From Clostridia bacterium (GTDB lineage: Bacteria > Bacillota > Clostridia > Monoglobales > Firm-18), in contig JAZQAN010000010.1 of the NCBI GenBank assembly GCA_045545235.1, forward strand, positions 26,267 through 90,266: a DNA stretch of 64,000 nt. Reading direction: 5' to 3'. Both the position numbers and the translations under genes were made by a program. Under the pieces are notes generated by a model, which saw only the letters and a list, made by a program, of their open reading frames with translations, was not told the DNA's origin and did no database searches. Shown one piece after another: positions 7,818 to 18,161 of this stretch (its first letter is position 1; each line of letters opens with the position of its first letter).

Positions 7818-9293
7818 TTACATTCCCATATCAACTACCAAGGACTCATCATCAAGTTTAAATATCCACTTAGAATTGCCCTTTCCCGAAGAATCAAAAT
7901 CATAGCACCTGTAAACATCCTCTATAACCATACCGCCATCCTGATATTTTTCGTAAATTGTATCTATTCCCATAAGCACAGGTGTAACAGTACTGCTTTG
8001 TTCTGTTTCCGATATATCGGATAAGTGAACTACAAGTCTGGTAATATAACCCTCTTCAACCTGTCCGTAAACTGCATTTTCGCACACATTTGAATAATGT
8101 ATGGTGGTTCCGTTATACATACTGTCTATTTTAACCTCATACAAATTTTCCTTATTATCTGTAAGGGCAGATGAAAGATGATAATCAAAATTGCTGTTAT
8201 CAGCATCAGACATACCCCATATTTTCCCCACACAGTTAAGCACATCACAAACTGCCTGATAGCTGTTTGGATTTCCACTGGAAAGTTTTAATCCTTTTTC
8301 CTTTGAAACTGCATTGTATTCAATAGTTCCATCATAGAAAAATTTAATTGTTGCATTATTTTCCACAAATGTTATTGTTCCGTCATTTTGCACGGTTTTT
8401 CGCAGTGAGCTTGCAGTATATCCGAAGATGCCCAGAACTTTTTCTGAAAATCTTTCAAATTCTTCATAATCCTTAAAAACATTATCCGACAAAATCACCG
8501 GTTCGCTTTTTATATCTGTGGAAATTTCAAGTAAAGTAAGCGGAGAAAATGCAACCTTTCTTTCTACCTCCTCATCCGATGCAGACATAACATCAAGATT
8601 AATTTCAAAAGCAAATGCGTGGTTTTGTTGTTTTTGGTTTGTTGTGTCCTCAATAAAAGTCAACAAATTATCAACATCAGCACCAAACTCAAACCGGCTG
8701 ACTTTATTTTCTTTTTCATTATATGTACAAACACTAAATGTATCTGTAGCGGTATTTGGAGTAATTATAAACCCCGAAAAATCCGAAATGTCACCAAACA
8801 CATTTGCCGAACCACCAATTCCGAAAAATCTGTTTAGTTCTTCACCATTCATAGCATAACCATAATCCACATACACAGATTTTGCCTTGAAATAATTTTT
8901 CCATTCATCATAAGGAATTTCTGCCACATCAACATTCTGTTCAGCAATTTCATTAAACAAGGCTTCTATATAATTCATACACTCGTTGTAATATTCAGAT
9001 TCTTTAAGATAAACCTCTCTTGCACCACCGCCATTGACTACAATACGTCTTGGCTTTACGGTTTGTGCATAAAAGTCCTCACTTGTATATTCGTCATTTT
9101 TATCTGTAAAAAACGAAACAACTTCTCCGAGAACAGGAATATTTCTTGCAAATTCACCAAATCCATCTGGCCAAAGGTTACTGTCAAACCACAACTGCCC
9201 TGTAAGCTGAATACTATTTAAAATAAGCAATATTAAAATAAATAACTTTATACGTTCCTTATTCAAAATTAATGCAATCTCCTTTAAAAACAA
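7818..9293 (-). CDS. YycH-like two-component-system accessory protein
   Basis: N-terminal anchor ...NKERIKLFILILLILNSIQLTGQLWF resembles the YycH start (..E.IK...L..LV.LS..LT.NLW), followed by a ~450-aa extracytoplasmic body. The start is uncertain: the TTG at 9293 lies inside the U-tract of the upstream terminator, and an in-frame TTG 27 nt downstream follows AAGGAG. Confidence 0.55.
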   Translation of the reverse strand: MFLKEIALILNKERIKLFILILLILNSIQLTGQLWFDSNLWPDGFGEFARNIPVLGEVVSFFTDKNDEYTSEDFYAQTVKPRRIVVNGGGAREVYLKESEYYNECMNYIEALFNEIAEQNVDVAEIPYDEWKNYFKAKSVYVDYGYAMNGEELNRFFGIGGSANVFGDISDFSGFIITPNTATDTFSVCTYNEKENKVSRFEFGADVDNLLTFIEDTTNQKQQNHAFAFEINLDVMSASDEEVERKVAFSPLTLLEISTDIKSEPVILSDNVFKDYEEFERFSEKVLGIFGYTASSLRKTVQNDGTITFVENNATIKFFYDGTIEYNAVSKEKGLKLSSGNPNSYQAVCDVLNCVGKIWGMSDADNSNFDYHLSSALTDNKENLYEVKIDSMYNGTTIHYSNVCENAVYGQVEEGYITRLVVHLSDISETEQSSTVTPVLMGIDTIYEKYQDGGMVIEDVYRCYDFDSSGKGNSKWIFKLDDESLVVDMGM

Positions 9294-9318
9294 AACTGTG
9301 CAGCCATAGGCTACACAG
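9286..9318 (-). terminator. Rho-independent terminator of the 147-aa secreted-protein gene
   Basis: Minus-strand CTGTGTAGCC-TAT-GGCTGCACAG hairpin (9296-9318), followed by TTTTGTTTTT (9295-9286). Confidence 0.6.
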
Positions 9319-9334
9319 CTTTTAAAACAATATT

Positions 9335-9778
9335 TTATCTTTTGGGCACCTGTGTAACATTAATTACCGCATTATTAAGTGTGTTCATAAAATTAGAACC
9401 AAGGTAAGTTATTTCCAACGGCACCGTCTGGTTTGAACTGCCTGCTTCTGCATAGCAAATCAACGCATTTTTGCCCTTTGCAAGTGTAATCTTTTTAAAG
9501 AACAAACCACTTGCTCCAATTGTCCATGTATAAGCAGACTTCTTGTACACACGTCCGTCATAAATATAAATAGTAACAGTAGCACCCGGACGTCCATATC
9601 CTGAAATAATATAGGACATATCAAAAGTTGCAGATTTATCAGTTGGTGGATTGGTAATAACAATGATGTTATTTGAATTACCCACAGATGATGAGTACAA
9701 CACATTAGGTGCCGCACTTACCGCCATACCTGATACAATTGTAAGTACACATATTAAAGCAATTATCTTTTTAACCAT
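9335..9778 (-). CDS. Secreted hypothetical protein (signal peptide, beta-rich)
   Basis: AGGAGG 7 nt before ATG 9778. MVKKIIALICVLTIVSGMAVSAAP is a signal peptide. No recognisable catalytic motif. Confidence 0.6.
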   Translation of the reverse strand: MVKKIIALICVLTIVSGMAVSAAPNVLYSSSVGNSNNIIVITNPPTDKSATFDMSYIISGYGRPGATVTIYIYDGRVYKKSAYTWTIGASGLFFKKITLAKGKNALICYAEAGSSNQTVPLEITYLGSNFMNTLNNAVINVTQVPKR

Positions 9779-9966
9779 TATAAAACCTCCTGTCACGGAA
9801 TAAATTTATAATACCTCATTTATATTATAATACATTTTTGGCAAAATTTATATTACAGAAATATTACAATTTTGTTACAAATTTTAAAATGGCATAATTT
9901 TCCGGAATATTTTTTACAAAATTACGTAAAAATATGATTATAAACATAAAAAAGGAGTGTTTAAAC

Positions 9967-10161
9967 ATGGACTTTATTTCGCTGTTGCTTGTAATTATCG
10001 GTGCAATCAACTGGGGAAGTATCGGTATTTTCGGATTTGATATAGTAGGCGCGCTTTTTGGCGGTCAGGGGTCTATAATCAGCAGAATTATTTTTACTCT
10101 TGTAGGATTAGCCGGATTATGGGCAATTACATTTTTATTCAGAGACAGAAGGAATATGTAA
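9967..10161 (+). CDS. DUF378-family small membrane protein
   Basis: MDFISLLLVIIGAINWGSIGIFGFDIVGALFGG...IIFTLVGLAGLW is the characteristic DUF378 (YuzA-like) two-helix sequence. AAGGAG SD precedes ATG 9967. Track start 9934 has no SD. Confidence 0.85.
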   Translation: MDFISLLLVIIGAINWGSIGIFGFDIVGALFGGQGSIISRIIFTLVGLAGLWAITFLFRDRRNM

Positions 10162-10189
10162 TCTCCCGGTTTCTGATAAAGCGTCAAAG

Positions 10190-10239
10190 GGCTGCGACAA
10201 AGCGAAAGTTCAATTCGTTTTTGTCACAGCCTTTTTTTT
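10190..10239 (+). terminator. Rho-independent terminator after the DUF378 gene
   Basis: Long imperfect hairpin GGCTGCGACAAA...TTTGTCACAGCC with an inner CGAA/TTCG stem, followed by T8 (10232-10239). Confidence 0.7.
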
Positions 10240-12148
10240 AGGATTTTTCCGCAAGCTGAGAAGATAAATCCTCCCACAGGCTATACAGATTTTCAGATTT
10301 CAATTTTACTTCTTCAAGCTCGTTCGATATAGTTATACTCTTTTCATAGTCAGTTGCATTTTCGGGAAGCATAAGTTGCTCTTCAAGCTCTGCAATACGT
10401 TCTTCAGTTTCTTCAATTTCTTTTTCTGTTCTCTCTATTGCATTTTTCAGCTTACGTATTTCCGCCTCGTATTTTTTCTGTGCTTTATAGTCAAGCTTTG
10501 CTTCACTTTCTGATACAGTACGTTCCCGTACGTTTGCTACATCTTTTTTCTTCTGCGAAAAATATGTATAATCCCCATCGTACTTTTTAACTCCGCATTT
10601 TTCCATATAATATATTTTAGTAGCAAGCTTGTTTATAAAATAACGGTCGTGAGAAACAACAAGCATTGTTCCGTCATAATTTAACAAAGCCTCTTCGAGT
10701 GCCTCTCTTGAGCGAATATCAAGATGGTTAGTAGGTTCGTCAAGCACAAGAAAATTAGCACCCGAAAGCATAAGCTTTATAAGGGCGATTCTTGCACGTT
10801 CTCCACCGCTTAAGCTTCTTACAGGAGTAAGAACGTCATCATTTTTAAACAAAAATGCCGCCATTGCATTTCGCACTTCAGTCTGTGTCATTGAAGGATA
10901 TTCATCCCACACTTCATCAATAGCATCTTTATCAAGTGATAAGTTCTGTTGCTTCTGGTCAAAATAGCCAAGCTGAATATTTGCACCTATTTTAGTATTG
11001 CCCTCAAGTGCCTCGTATTCGCCTGTAATAATTTTAAACAAAGTTGTTTTACCACAACCATTTGCTCCAAGCAAAAATACTCTTTCGCCTCTGTTGACTT
11101 CGACATCTGTGTTTTCAAAAAGAATTTTACCATCAAAGCCCATTTTAAGGTTGTTGCAACGAAGTACTTCGGTACCGCCCATATTTACAGCTTTGAAATT
11201 AAACCTTATATTTTCATTAAAAATCTCAGGTTTTTCAAGGTCTTTTTCAAGACGGTCAATCTGTTTTTGCTTACTTTCGGCAGTTTTTATATTTTTTTCA
11301 CGGTTCCATCTTTTTTGTTGTTCTATAATACCTTCTATACGTTGAATTTCTTTAGTTGTATTCTCATAATTTCGCAAAAGCGTTTTTTCACGTTCTTCTT
11401 TGAGCTTAACATAGGTTGAATAATTTCCGTTGTACACCGTAAGCTTGTTATTTTCAAGTTCAAAGGTCTTATTTGTTACACGGTCAAGAAAATAACGGTC
11501 ATGTGAAATTACAACAAAAGCGCCCTTGTAGTCACGTAAAAAATCTTCAAGCCACTCGGTAGATTCAATATCAAGATGATTTGTAGGTTCATCGAGAAGA
11601 AGCAGATTACTTTCACCAAGCAAAAGCTTACATAAAATAACCCTTGTCTGCTGACCACCGCTTAGTGCGGAAAAATCCATATCAAATTCTTCTTCACGAA
11701 AACCAAGCCCAAGCAGACTCGCTTTAGCCACATTTTTATACACAAAACCGCCCTTGCTCTCGTATTCTTCATTAAGGCGATGCTGTTCTGCAGTAAGTGT
11801 TTCAAGGTCGCCAACACCGTTTATTATCTGCATCTCTATAGATTTAAGCCTGTTTTCTATATCAACAAGCGGCTTGTATACAGTCATAAGCTCTGCCCAC
11901 AATGTTTTTTCTGTATTCATCTGCGCATGCTGCTGCATATATCCAAGGTTCAAATCCCTACTTTTATACAATTCACCGCCATCATAATTTATTTCATCGG
12001 TAAATATTTTAAACAATGTGGTTTTTCCTGTTCCGTTTGCACCCACAAAACCAATTTTATCATTGTGTTCAATGCTCAGTGAAACCTTATCGAACAAAGT
12101 TCTTGTTCCGAATTCTTTTTTTATATTTGACGTATTAATTAATATCAT
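10238..12148 (-). CDS. ABC-F family ATPase (Uup/YdiF-like, two ABC domains, C-terminal coiled coil)
   Basis: Two Walker A sites (GANGTGKTT, GANGCGKTT), two LSGG signatures (LSGGQQTR, LSGGERAR), no TM domain, a charged inter-domain linker and a K/E-rich C-terminal tail. Start moved to ATG 12148 (MILINTSNIKKEFG), which has an AAGGAA SD. Confidence 0.9.
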   Translation of the reverse strand: MILINTSNIKKEFGTRTLFDKVSLSIEHNDKIGFVGANGTGKTTLFKIFTDEINYDGGELYKSRDLNLGYMQQHAQMNTEKTLWAELMTVYKPLVDIENRLKSIEMQIINGVGDLETLTAEQHRLNEEYESKGGFVYKNVAKASLLGLGFREEEFDMDFSALSGGQQTRVILCKLLLGESNLLLLDEPTNHLDIESTEWLEDFLRDYKGAFVVISHDRYFLDRVTNKTFELENNKLTVYNGNYSTYVKLKEEREKTLLRNYENTTKEIQRIEGIIEQQKRWNREKNIKTAESKQKQIDRLEKDLEKPEIFNENIRFNFKAVNMGGTEVLRCNNLKMGFDGKILFENTDVEVNRGERVFLLGANGCGKTTLFKIITGEYEALEGNTKIGANIQLGYFDQKQQNLSLDKDAIDEVWDEYPSMTQTEVRNAMAAFLFKNDDVLTPVRSLSGGERARIALIKLMLSGANFLVLDEPTNHLDIRSREALEEALLNYDGTMLVVSHDRYFINKLATKIYYMEKCGVKKYDGDYTYFSQKKKDVANVRERTVSESEAKLDYKAQKKYEAEIRKLKNAIERTEKEIEETEERIAELEEQLMLPENATDYEKSITISNELEEVKLKSENLYSLWEDLSSQLAEKS

Positions 12149-12212
12149 TACACATAATTCCTTTTTTCTGTACTGATGAATATTATACATCAAAATCTTT
12201 TTAAAATCAATA

Positions 12213-13490
12213 TTATTGTTCTATTTTAACCTGTGCATCAAGCTGTTCAAGACGTTTTACGAAGTCTTCATAGCCTCTTTCAATGTGACCCACATCTTCT
12301 ACATAGGTTTTTCCGTCTGCCACAAGCCCTGCCAGCACAAGTGCGGCACCGGCACGCAAATCGGTTGCCCTTACCGTAGCTCCACTTAATTTTTCCTGTC
12401 CTTCCACTACTGCAGTTCTTCCGTCTATTTTTATTGATGCACCCATACGTCCAAGTTCAGGCACATGCATAAAGCGGTTTTCAAACACCGTTTCAACAAC
12501 CATGCTGGTACCCTTTGCAACACTCATAAGTGCAACATAAGGCGCCTGAAGGTCTGTTGGAAATCCCGGATAAGGCATGGTTTTTATATCTGCTGCACAG
12601 GCTCTTTTACATCCGTTAACTATAAGGCTACCATCTTGTATATCCGTTTTTACGCCACATTCTTCAAGCTTGGCAATAACAGGCTTGATATGGTCGGTAA
12701 TTATATTTTTTATAGTTATGTTACCTTGAGTAGCCGCTGCAGCAAAAGCATAAGTTCCTGCTTCTATACGGTCGGGAATTACTCCGTGAGTTGCACCATA
12801 AAGTCTTGTGACACCTTCAATTTTAACTGTATCCGAACCTGCCCCGCTTACCTTTCCTCCCATAGAATTTATAAACTCAGCAAGGTCCGTAATTTCAGGC
12901 TCTGCTGCCGCATTTTCTATAACCGTAATCCCCTCCGCCAAGGATGCCGCCATAATAAGATTTTCAGTGGCCCCTACGCTTGGAAAATCAAGATATATTT
13001 TTGAACCCTTAAGTCTTTTACAAGTTGCTTCCACATAACCGTTTCCCTGCTCTATTTTGGCACCCATAGCCATAAATCCCTTAAGGTGCAAATCAACAGG
13101 TCTTGCACCTATCTGGCATCCGCCGGGCAGGGAAATTTTCACTCTGCCGTTTCTTGTAAGCAAAGGACCGGATACAAGAAATGATGCTCTTAATTTATTT
13201 ACCGTTTCATAGCTCATTACATCACTTTTAACTTCTTTTGAGCAAAATTCGTAAATCCCTTTTGAAAAATTTATTCTACACCCAAGACAATTTAAAAGTT
13301 CACACATATTACGTATATCCAAAAGGTCGGGAACGTTGAAAATTTTGCAACATTCTTCTGTAAGTAAGGTTGCTGCAAGTATTGGTAAAGCCGCATTTTT
13401 AGAGCCACTGACACATATTTCTCCGTTTAAAGGTCTTCCTCCGTATATTACATATTTTTTCAAAAAAACAGTCCCTTCAAGAGTATTCAT
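12213..13490 (-). CDS. murA: UDP-N-acetylglucosamine 1-carboxyvinyltransferase
   Basis: EPSP-synthase-fold MurA motifs (VSGSKNAALPILAA, LPGGCQIGARPVDLHL with the catalytic Cys, FPTDLQ). The true start may be the in-frame TTG at 13463 (MKKYVIYGG), which follows GAAGGGA. Confidence 0.92.
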   Translation of the reverse strand: MNTLEGTVFLKKYVIYGGRPLNGEICVSGSKNAALPILAATLLTEECCKIFNVPDLLDIRNMCELLNCLGCRINFSKGIYEFCSKEVKSDVMSYETVNKLRASFLVSGPLLTRNGRVKISLPGGCQIGARPVDLHLKGFMAMGAKIEQGNGYVEATCKRLKGSKIYLDFPSVGATENLIMAASLAEGITVIENAAAEPEITDLAEFINSMGGKVSGAGSDTVKIEGVTRLYGATHGVIPDRIEAGTYAFAAAATQGNITIKNIITDHIKPVIAKLEECGVKTDIQDGSLIVNGCKRACAADIKTMPYPGFPTDLQAPYVALMSVAKGTSMVVETVFENRFMHVPELGRMGASIKIDGRTAVVEGQEKLSGATVRATDLRAGAALVLAGLVADGKTYVEDVGHIERGYEDFVKRLEQLDAQVKIEQ

Positions 13491-13541
13491 TATTAATTAT
13501 ACCCCTGCAAGGAACTGCTATACTTAATTATTTTTAAAACA

Positions 13542-14297
13542 TCAAACTAACTTTGAAATATCTTCACCGCATTGTTCAAGATAGTCAAGCACATCTCTTC
13601 TTGTAAACATAGAAAGGAATGAATATCTGCCATTCAGTGCCTTTTTTATATAATCTATACCTTCAGACTTTTCGCCTTTTTCTTCTATAAGGTATTTACC
13701 AAATTCAAAATATCCTTCAGGAAAAGTAGGAGAAAGTTCAAAAAGTTCAAGATAATACTTTTCAGCCTTTTCATAATCTTTCATTCTTAGGTATGTAAAT
13801 GCAAGATTATCAACAATAATGGCATCTGTATTATTATATTCATACGCTTCAAGATTATATTCAAGTGCTTTTTCAAGGTTTCCTCGATGTACATACATAT
13901 ACCCAAGACTTCCGTAAATGGTGGTGGACGGATAATGTGCATGAACATATTCAAGCATTTCTATAGCCTCTTCCAGTTCACCCTTTTTCCATAGCACAAG
14001 AGCGTGAGAACCTTTTAACTTCGCGCGTTCGTGAGGTTTTAATTTATCAAGTCCAATAAGGTTAAAAAGCTTATTTGCCTCATCAACATACCCCTCTTTC
14101 AAAGTAAGGTATGCATATCTTACACGATGGTCAAACTTCATCTTGCCGAACTTATTTGCAAAAGCATAAAGCTTAAGTGCACCATCTGCATTTCCAAACC
14201 CGTATTTGTACTGAGCTATTGATGCTAAAATGTTACTTCTGTTATTTATGACATATATGAGCAGAACGCAAAATGTCAAAGCCGCTACCAAAAACAT
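13542..14297 (-). CDS. Membrane-anchored TPR-repeat protein
   Basis: N-terminal TM helix followed by several 34-aa TPR-like repeats (e.g. AIEMLEYVHAHYPSTTIYGSLGYMYVHRGNLEKALEY). Confidence 0.7.
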   Translation of the reverse strand: MFLVAALTFCVLLIYVINNRSNILASIAQYKYGFGNADGALKLYAFANKFGKMKFDHRVRYAYLTLKEGYVDEANKLFNLIGLDKLKPHERAKLKGSHALVLWKKGELEEAIEMLEYVHAHYPSTTIYGSLGYMYVHRGNLEKALEYNLEAYEYNNTDAIIVDNLAFTYLRMKDYEKAEKYYLELFELSPTFPEGYFEFGKYLIEEKGEKSEGIDYIKKALNGRYSFLSMFTRRDVLDYLEQCGEDISKLV

Positions 14298-14419
14298 AAT
14301 TTTCCTCCGTATTTAATTAAATTTACCATATGATTATAACACTAACTTTGCGTAATTTCAATACATTCATTTTTTTATTATTAATATGAAATTATTTTTT
14401 ACAAATTTCAAAAATAATA

Positions 14420-14448
14420 TTGACAAAACATCAAAAAAATTATACTAT
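14420..14448 (+). promoter_or_regulatory. Sigma-A-type promoter of potABCD
   Basis: TTGACA (14420-14425), 17-nt spacer, TACTAT (14443-14448). AAGGAAGGGG SD lies before potA. Confidence 0.5.
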
Positions 14449-14481
14449 GATTGTACTGAATAAAAGGAAGGGGTTTGATAA

Positions 14482-15534
14482 ATGAAACAAGATGTTATAC
14501 GTTTAGAAAACGTAACAAAATCATTTGATAACGAAAAGGTTTTGGACTCAGTAAATCTATCAATTAAAAAGAATGAATTTTTCACGTTGCTTGGGCCAAG
14601 TGGTTGCGGAAAAACCACTATGCTGAGAATTATCGGAGGCTTTGAAACAGCCGACGATGGCAACGTTTTTTTTGATGGAGTTAATATAAACGATTTGCCT
14701 CCAAACAAAAGAAACCTCAATACGGTTTTTCAAAAATATGCACTTTTTCCACATATGAATGTATATGAAAACGTAGCATTCGGCTTAAAAATCAAAAAAA
14801 TGCCGAAAGACGAAATAGATGCAAAGGTAAAGGAAATGCTTGCTCTTGTTAATCTTAAAGGCTTTGAAAAGCGTTCTGTAGTTTCTCTTAGTGGTGGTCA
14901 GCAACAACGTGTTGCCATAGCCCGTGCACTTGTAAATGAACCCGAGGTACTTTTACTTGATGAGCCTTTGGGGGCACTTGACCTTAAGCTTCGCAAAAGT
15001 ATGCAGACGGAGCTTAAAAAAATACAACAAAGACTTGGTATTACCTTTATATATGTAACTCACGACCAGGAAGAAGCTCTTACAATGTCTGATACTATCG
15101 TTGTTATGAAAAACGGCGTAATTCAGCAAATGGGAACTCCTGTAGATATATATAACGAACCAACAAATGCGTTCGTTGCTGATTTTATAGGCGAAAGTAA
15201 CATTATAGACGGTGTTATGAAAGAGGATTTTCTCGTTAAATTTGCTGACAGAGATTTTAAATGTGTTGACAAAGGCTTTGAGAAAAACGAATCAGTTGAC
15301 GTAGTTATACGTCCCGAGGATATTAAAATAGTTGATAATCCTGAAGACGGTATGCTTTCGGGTCATGTGGATTCTGTAATATTCAAAGGTGTACATTACG
15401 AAATGAAAATTTCCTCCGACAACTATGTATGGACTGTACACTCCACAGCTATGGCACCTGCAGGAAGCTATGTGGGTATGAACATTTTCCCCGACGAAAT
15501 TCACATTATGAGAAAGGCGGAAATGGCGGAATGA
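14482..15534 (+). CDS. potA: Spermidine/putrescine ABC transporter ATP-binding protein
   Basis: GPSGCGKTT Walker [16 protein letters not shown], and a TOBE-like C-terminal domain. First gene of a four-gene pot-type operon. Confidence 0.92.
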   Translation: MKQDVIRLENVTKSFDNEKVLDSVNLSIKKNEFFTLLGPSGCGKTTMLRIIGGFETADDGNVFFDGVNINDLPPNKRNLNTVFQKYALFPHMNVYENVAFGLKIKKMPKDEIDAKVKEMLALVNLKGFEKRSVVSLSGGQQQRVAIARALVNEPEVLLLDEPLGALDLKLRKSMQTELKKIQQRLGITFIYVTHDQEEALTMSDTIVVMKNGVIQQMGTPVDIYNEPTNAFVADFIGESNIIDGVMKEDFLVKFADRDFKCVDKGFEKNESVDVVIRPEDIKIVDNPEDGMLSGHVDSVIFKGVHYEMKISSDNYVWTVHSTAMAPAGSYVGMNIFPDEIHIMRKAEMAE

Positions 15535-16358
15535 AAAAATCTGTATCAGCTTACCCATACGTAATATGGGCAGTACTTTTTACAGTTATTCCGTTGGTAA
15601 TGGTTCTTTTTTACAGTATATATGACCAGGCAACCGGCACATTTACAATGCACTATATTTTAAAATGCTTTGACCCTTTGTACCTTAAGGTTATACTATA
15701 CTCATTCAAGCTTGCGGTTTATTGCACAGTTTTATGTCTTGTTATCGGATATCCCGTTGCAATGATACTTGCAAGAACAACCTTTAAACAAAAAGATACA
15801 TTGCTGTTTCTTGTAATTGCGCCTATGTGGATGAACTTTCTTTTAAGAACTTATGCCTGGCTTACAATTCTTGAAAACAACGGAATAATAAACAAAATAC
15901 TTGGCTTTTTCAACCTTGGTCCATACCAGCTTCTGTACAACGAAGGTGCTGTACTTTTAGGTATGGTGTACAACTACCTTCCATTTATGATTTTGCCGAT
16001 TTACACAGCACTTTCAAAAATGGATAAAAGCGTAATACAGGCTTCCTATGACCTTGGTGCAAACAAAATGCAGACATTTATGCGCGTTGAATTTCCACTA
16101 AGTATGCCCGGAGTATATTCGGGTATAGCAATGGTATTTATGCCTGCAGTTACAACATTTGTTATTTCAAAGCTTTTGGGCGGCGGACAGCAAATGCTTA
16201 TAGGAAACATTATCGAAAAACAATTTATGGAGGTAAGCAGCACATCCTCATTTGGCGGTGCTTTGTCACTTCTTCTTATTGTTGTTATACTTGTTTCTAT
16301 GGCAATTTCAAACAGGCTTAATCCTGACGATAATTCGGAAGGAGGCGGATTGTTTTGA
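15531..16358 (+). CDS. potB: Spermidine/putrescine ABC transporter permease
   Basis: Six-TM BPD_transp_1-type permease with an EAA-like loop ([24 protein letters not shown]). ATG 15531 overlaps the potA stop (ATGA). The track start 15429 lies inside potA. Confidence 0.9.
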   Translation: MKKSVSAYPYVIWAVLFTVIPLVMVLFYSIYDQATGTFTMHYILKCFDPLYLKVILYSFKLAVYCTVLCLVIGYPVAMILARTTFKQKDTLLFLVIAPMWMNFLLRTYAWLTILENNGIINKILGFFNLGPYQLLYNEGAVLLGMVYNYLPFMILPIYTALSKMDKSVIQASYDLGANKMQTFMRVEFPLSMPGVYSGIAMVFMPAVTTFVISKLLGGGQQMLIGNIIEKQFMEVSSTSSFGGALSLLLIVVILVSMAISNRLNPDDNSEGGGLF

Positions 16359-17137
16359 GATTTTTAAAAAAAGCTTATATAGGACTTGTATTCCTGTTTT
16401 TATACGCACCCATACTGATTCTTATGCTTTATTCATTCAATGATTCACGCTCAAGAGGTAAGTGGGGCGGATTCACCCTGAAATGGTACGGAGAACTGTT
16501 TCAGGAAGCGGAAACAATGGCCGCACTCGAAACAACTCTGCTTATTGCATTGTTGTCTGCTGTAATTGCAACAGTTGTGGGTACAGTTACTGCATTTGGT
16601 ATGCATTATATGAAAAAAACTCCAAGGGCAGTTTTGTCGGCAGTTTCATATCTGCCTGTTATGAATCCTGATATTGTTACAGGTGTTTCGCTTTTGATGC
16701 TTTTCCTTACACTTAACATCCAAAAGGGATTCTGGACTTTGCTTATAGCGCATATTTCATTTAACATACCTTATGTTATACTATCTGTTATGCCAAAGCT
16801 AAAACAGATGAACGAGCATTTGTTCGAAGCCGCACAGGACCTTGGCGCAGGAAGCATTTACACATTTTTCCACATAATACTTCCGGAAATAATGCCGGGT
16901 ATTGTATCGGGATTTTTGCTTTCCGTAACACTTTCAATTGACGACTTTGTAATAAGTCTGTTTGCAAAAGGCCCCGGTGTAAACACACTTTCAGTTCACG
17001 TTTACAACATGGCAAAAAGAGGTGTAGTACCAAGCATAAACGCACTTTCAACCATAATGTTTGCTGTAGTTATGCTGCTTCTCCTTATTATTAACAGAAG
17101 GTCAGACAAAGGAGATGTGAAAATTGAAAAAAATTAG
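16355..17137 (+). CDS. potC: Spermidine/putrescine ABC transporter permease
   Basis: Permease with EAAQDLGAGSIYTFFHIILPEIMPG loop. 4-nt overlap with potB. Confidence 0.9.
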   Translation: MRFLKKAYIGLVFLFLYAPILILMLYSFNDSRSRGKWGGFTLKWYGELFQEAETMAALETTLLIALLSAVIATVVGTVTAFGMHYMKKTPRAVLSAVSYLPVMNPDIVTGVSLLMLFLTLNIQKGFWTLLIAHISFNIPYVILSVMPKLKQMNEHLFEAAQDLGAGSIYTFFHIILPEIMPGIVSGFLLSVTLSIDDFVISLFAKGPGVNTLSVHVYNMAKRGVVPSINALSTIMFAVVMLLLLIINRRSDKGDVKIEKN

Positions 17138-18161
17138 TTTACTTTTAATTTTAGTCATTATGACACTTGTTCTTTGTTCCTGCGGAGACTCAACACCGGT
17201 ATTAAAAGTGTATAACGCAGGTAAATATATTGACCCTACGGTTTTAGAAGAATTTGAAGCACTCAACAACTGTAAGGTAATATATGACGAATTTGACAGT
17301 AACGAAAGTATGTATGTGCAAATTTCAAACAACACCTACACATACGATATAGTAGTTCCTTCCGATTATTACATTGACAGATTAATTCAGGAGGGTAGGG
17401 CAGAAAAGCTCGATAAATCTCTGATACCCAATATGAATAATCTGGATAAACAATACCTTAACCCTGTTTATGACAAAGGAAATGTTTACAGCGTGCCTTA
17501 TATGGTAGGAACAGTAGGTCTTTTGTACAACAAAGCCAAAACGGGGGTAGACGAAAAAGACGTTTCCTTCGGTATGCTTTTTGACCCAAAATATAAAGGT
17601 CAGATATTTATGCTTGACAGTGTGCGTGATGCTTTAGGTGCCGCGCTTATTCACCTTGGCTACAGTGTAAACTCTACCGACGAAAACGAGCTTGAACAGG
17701 CAAAGCAACTGCTCATCAAACAAAAGCCCCTTGTTCAGGCTTACATCACCGACGAAATGGTAGATAAAATGGTTGCAGGTGAAGGACTTTTAACACTTGC
17801 ATATTCAGGTGAAGCTGCATATGCATTAAGCCTTGACGAAACCGAAAGTCTTACCTACGCAGTGCCAAAGGAAGGCAGTAACAAGTGGGTAGACGGGTTT
17901 GTGGTTTTAAAAACCGCAAAGCAAAAAGAACTTGCAATGAAGTTTATAAATTTTCTGTGCAGCAAAGAGGTTGCACAAAAAAATATGATAGAGACTGGTT
18001 ATGTTTCCCCTGTTCTTGGCACTTATCCGGAAGAGGAATCTGATACAGAAGTATATTACCCTCTTCCTGAAACTCTCGCAAATTGCGAAGCATTTACCTA
18101 TTCTCAAAAGGTAACAGAAAAATATTCTGATATTTGGTTAAGTGTACAGCTAAGTAATTAA
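17124..18161 (+). CDS. potD: Spermidine/putrescine-binding lipoprotein
   Basis: Lipobox LVLCSCG and a PotD/PotF-type periplasmic binding protein sequence. Last gene of the operon. Confidence 0.9.
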   Translation: MKKISLLLILVIMTLVLCSCGDSTPVLKVYNAGKYIDPTVLEEFEALNNCKVIYDEFDSNESMYVQISNNTYTYDIVVPSDYYIDRLIQEGRAEKLDKSLIPNMNNLDKQYLNPVYDKGNVYSVPYMVGTVGLLYNKAKTGVDEKDVSFGMLFDPKYKGQIFMLDSVRDALGAALIHLGYSVNSTDENELEQAKQLLIKQKPLVQAYITDEMVDKMVAGEGLLTLAYSGEAAYALSLDETESLTYAVPKEGSNKWVDGFVVLKTAKQKELAMKFINFLCSKEVAQKNMIETGYVSPVLGTYPEEESDTEVYYPLPETLANCEAFTYSQKVTEKYSDIWLSVQLSN

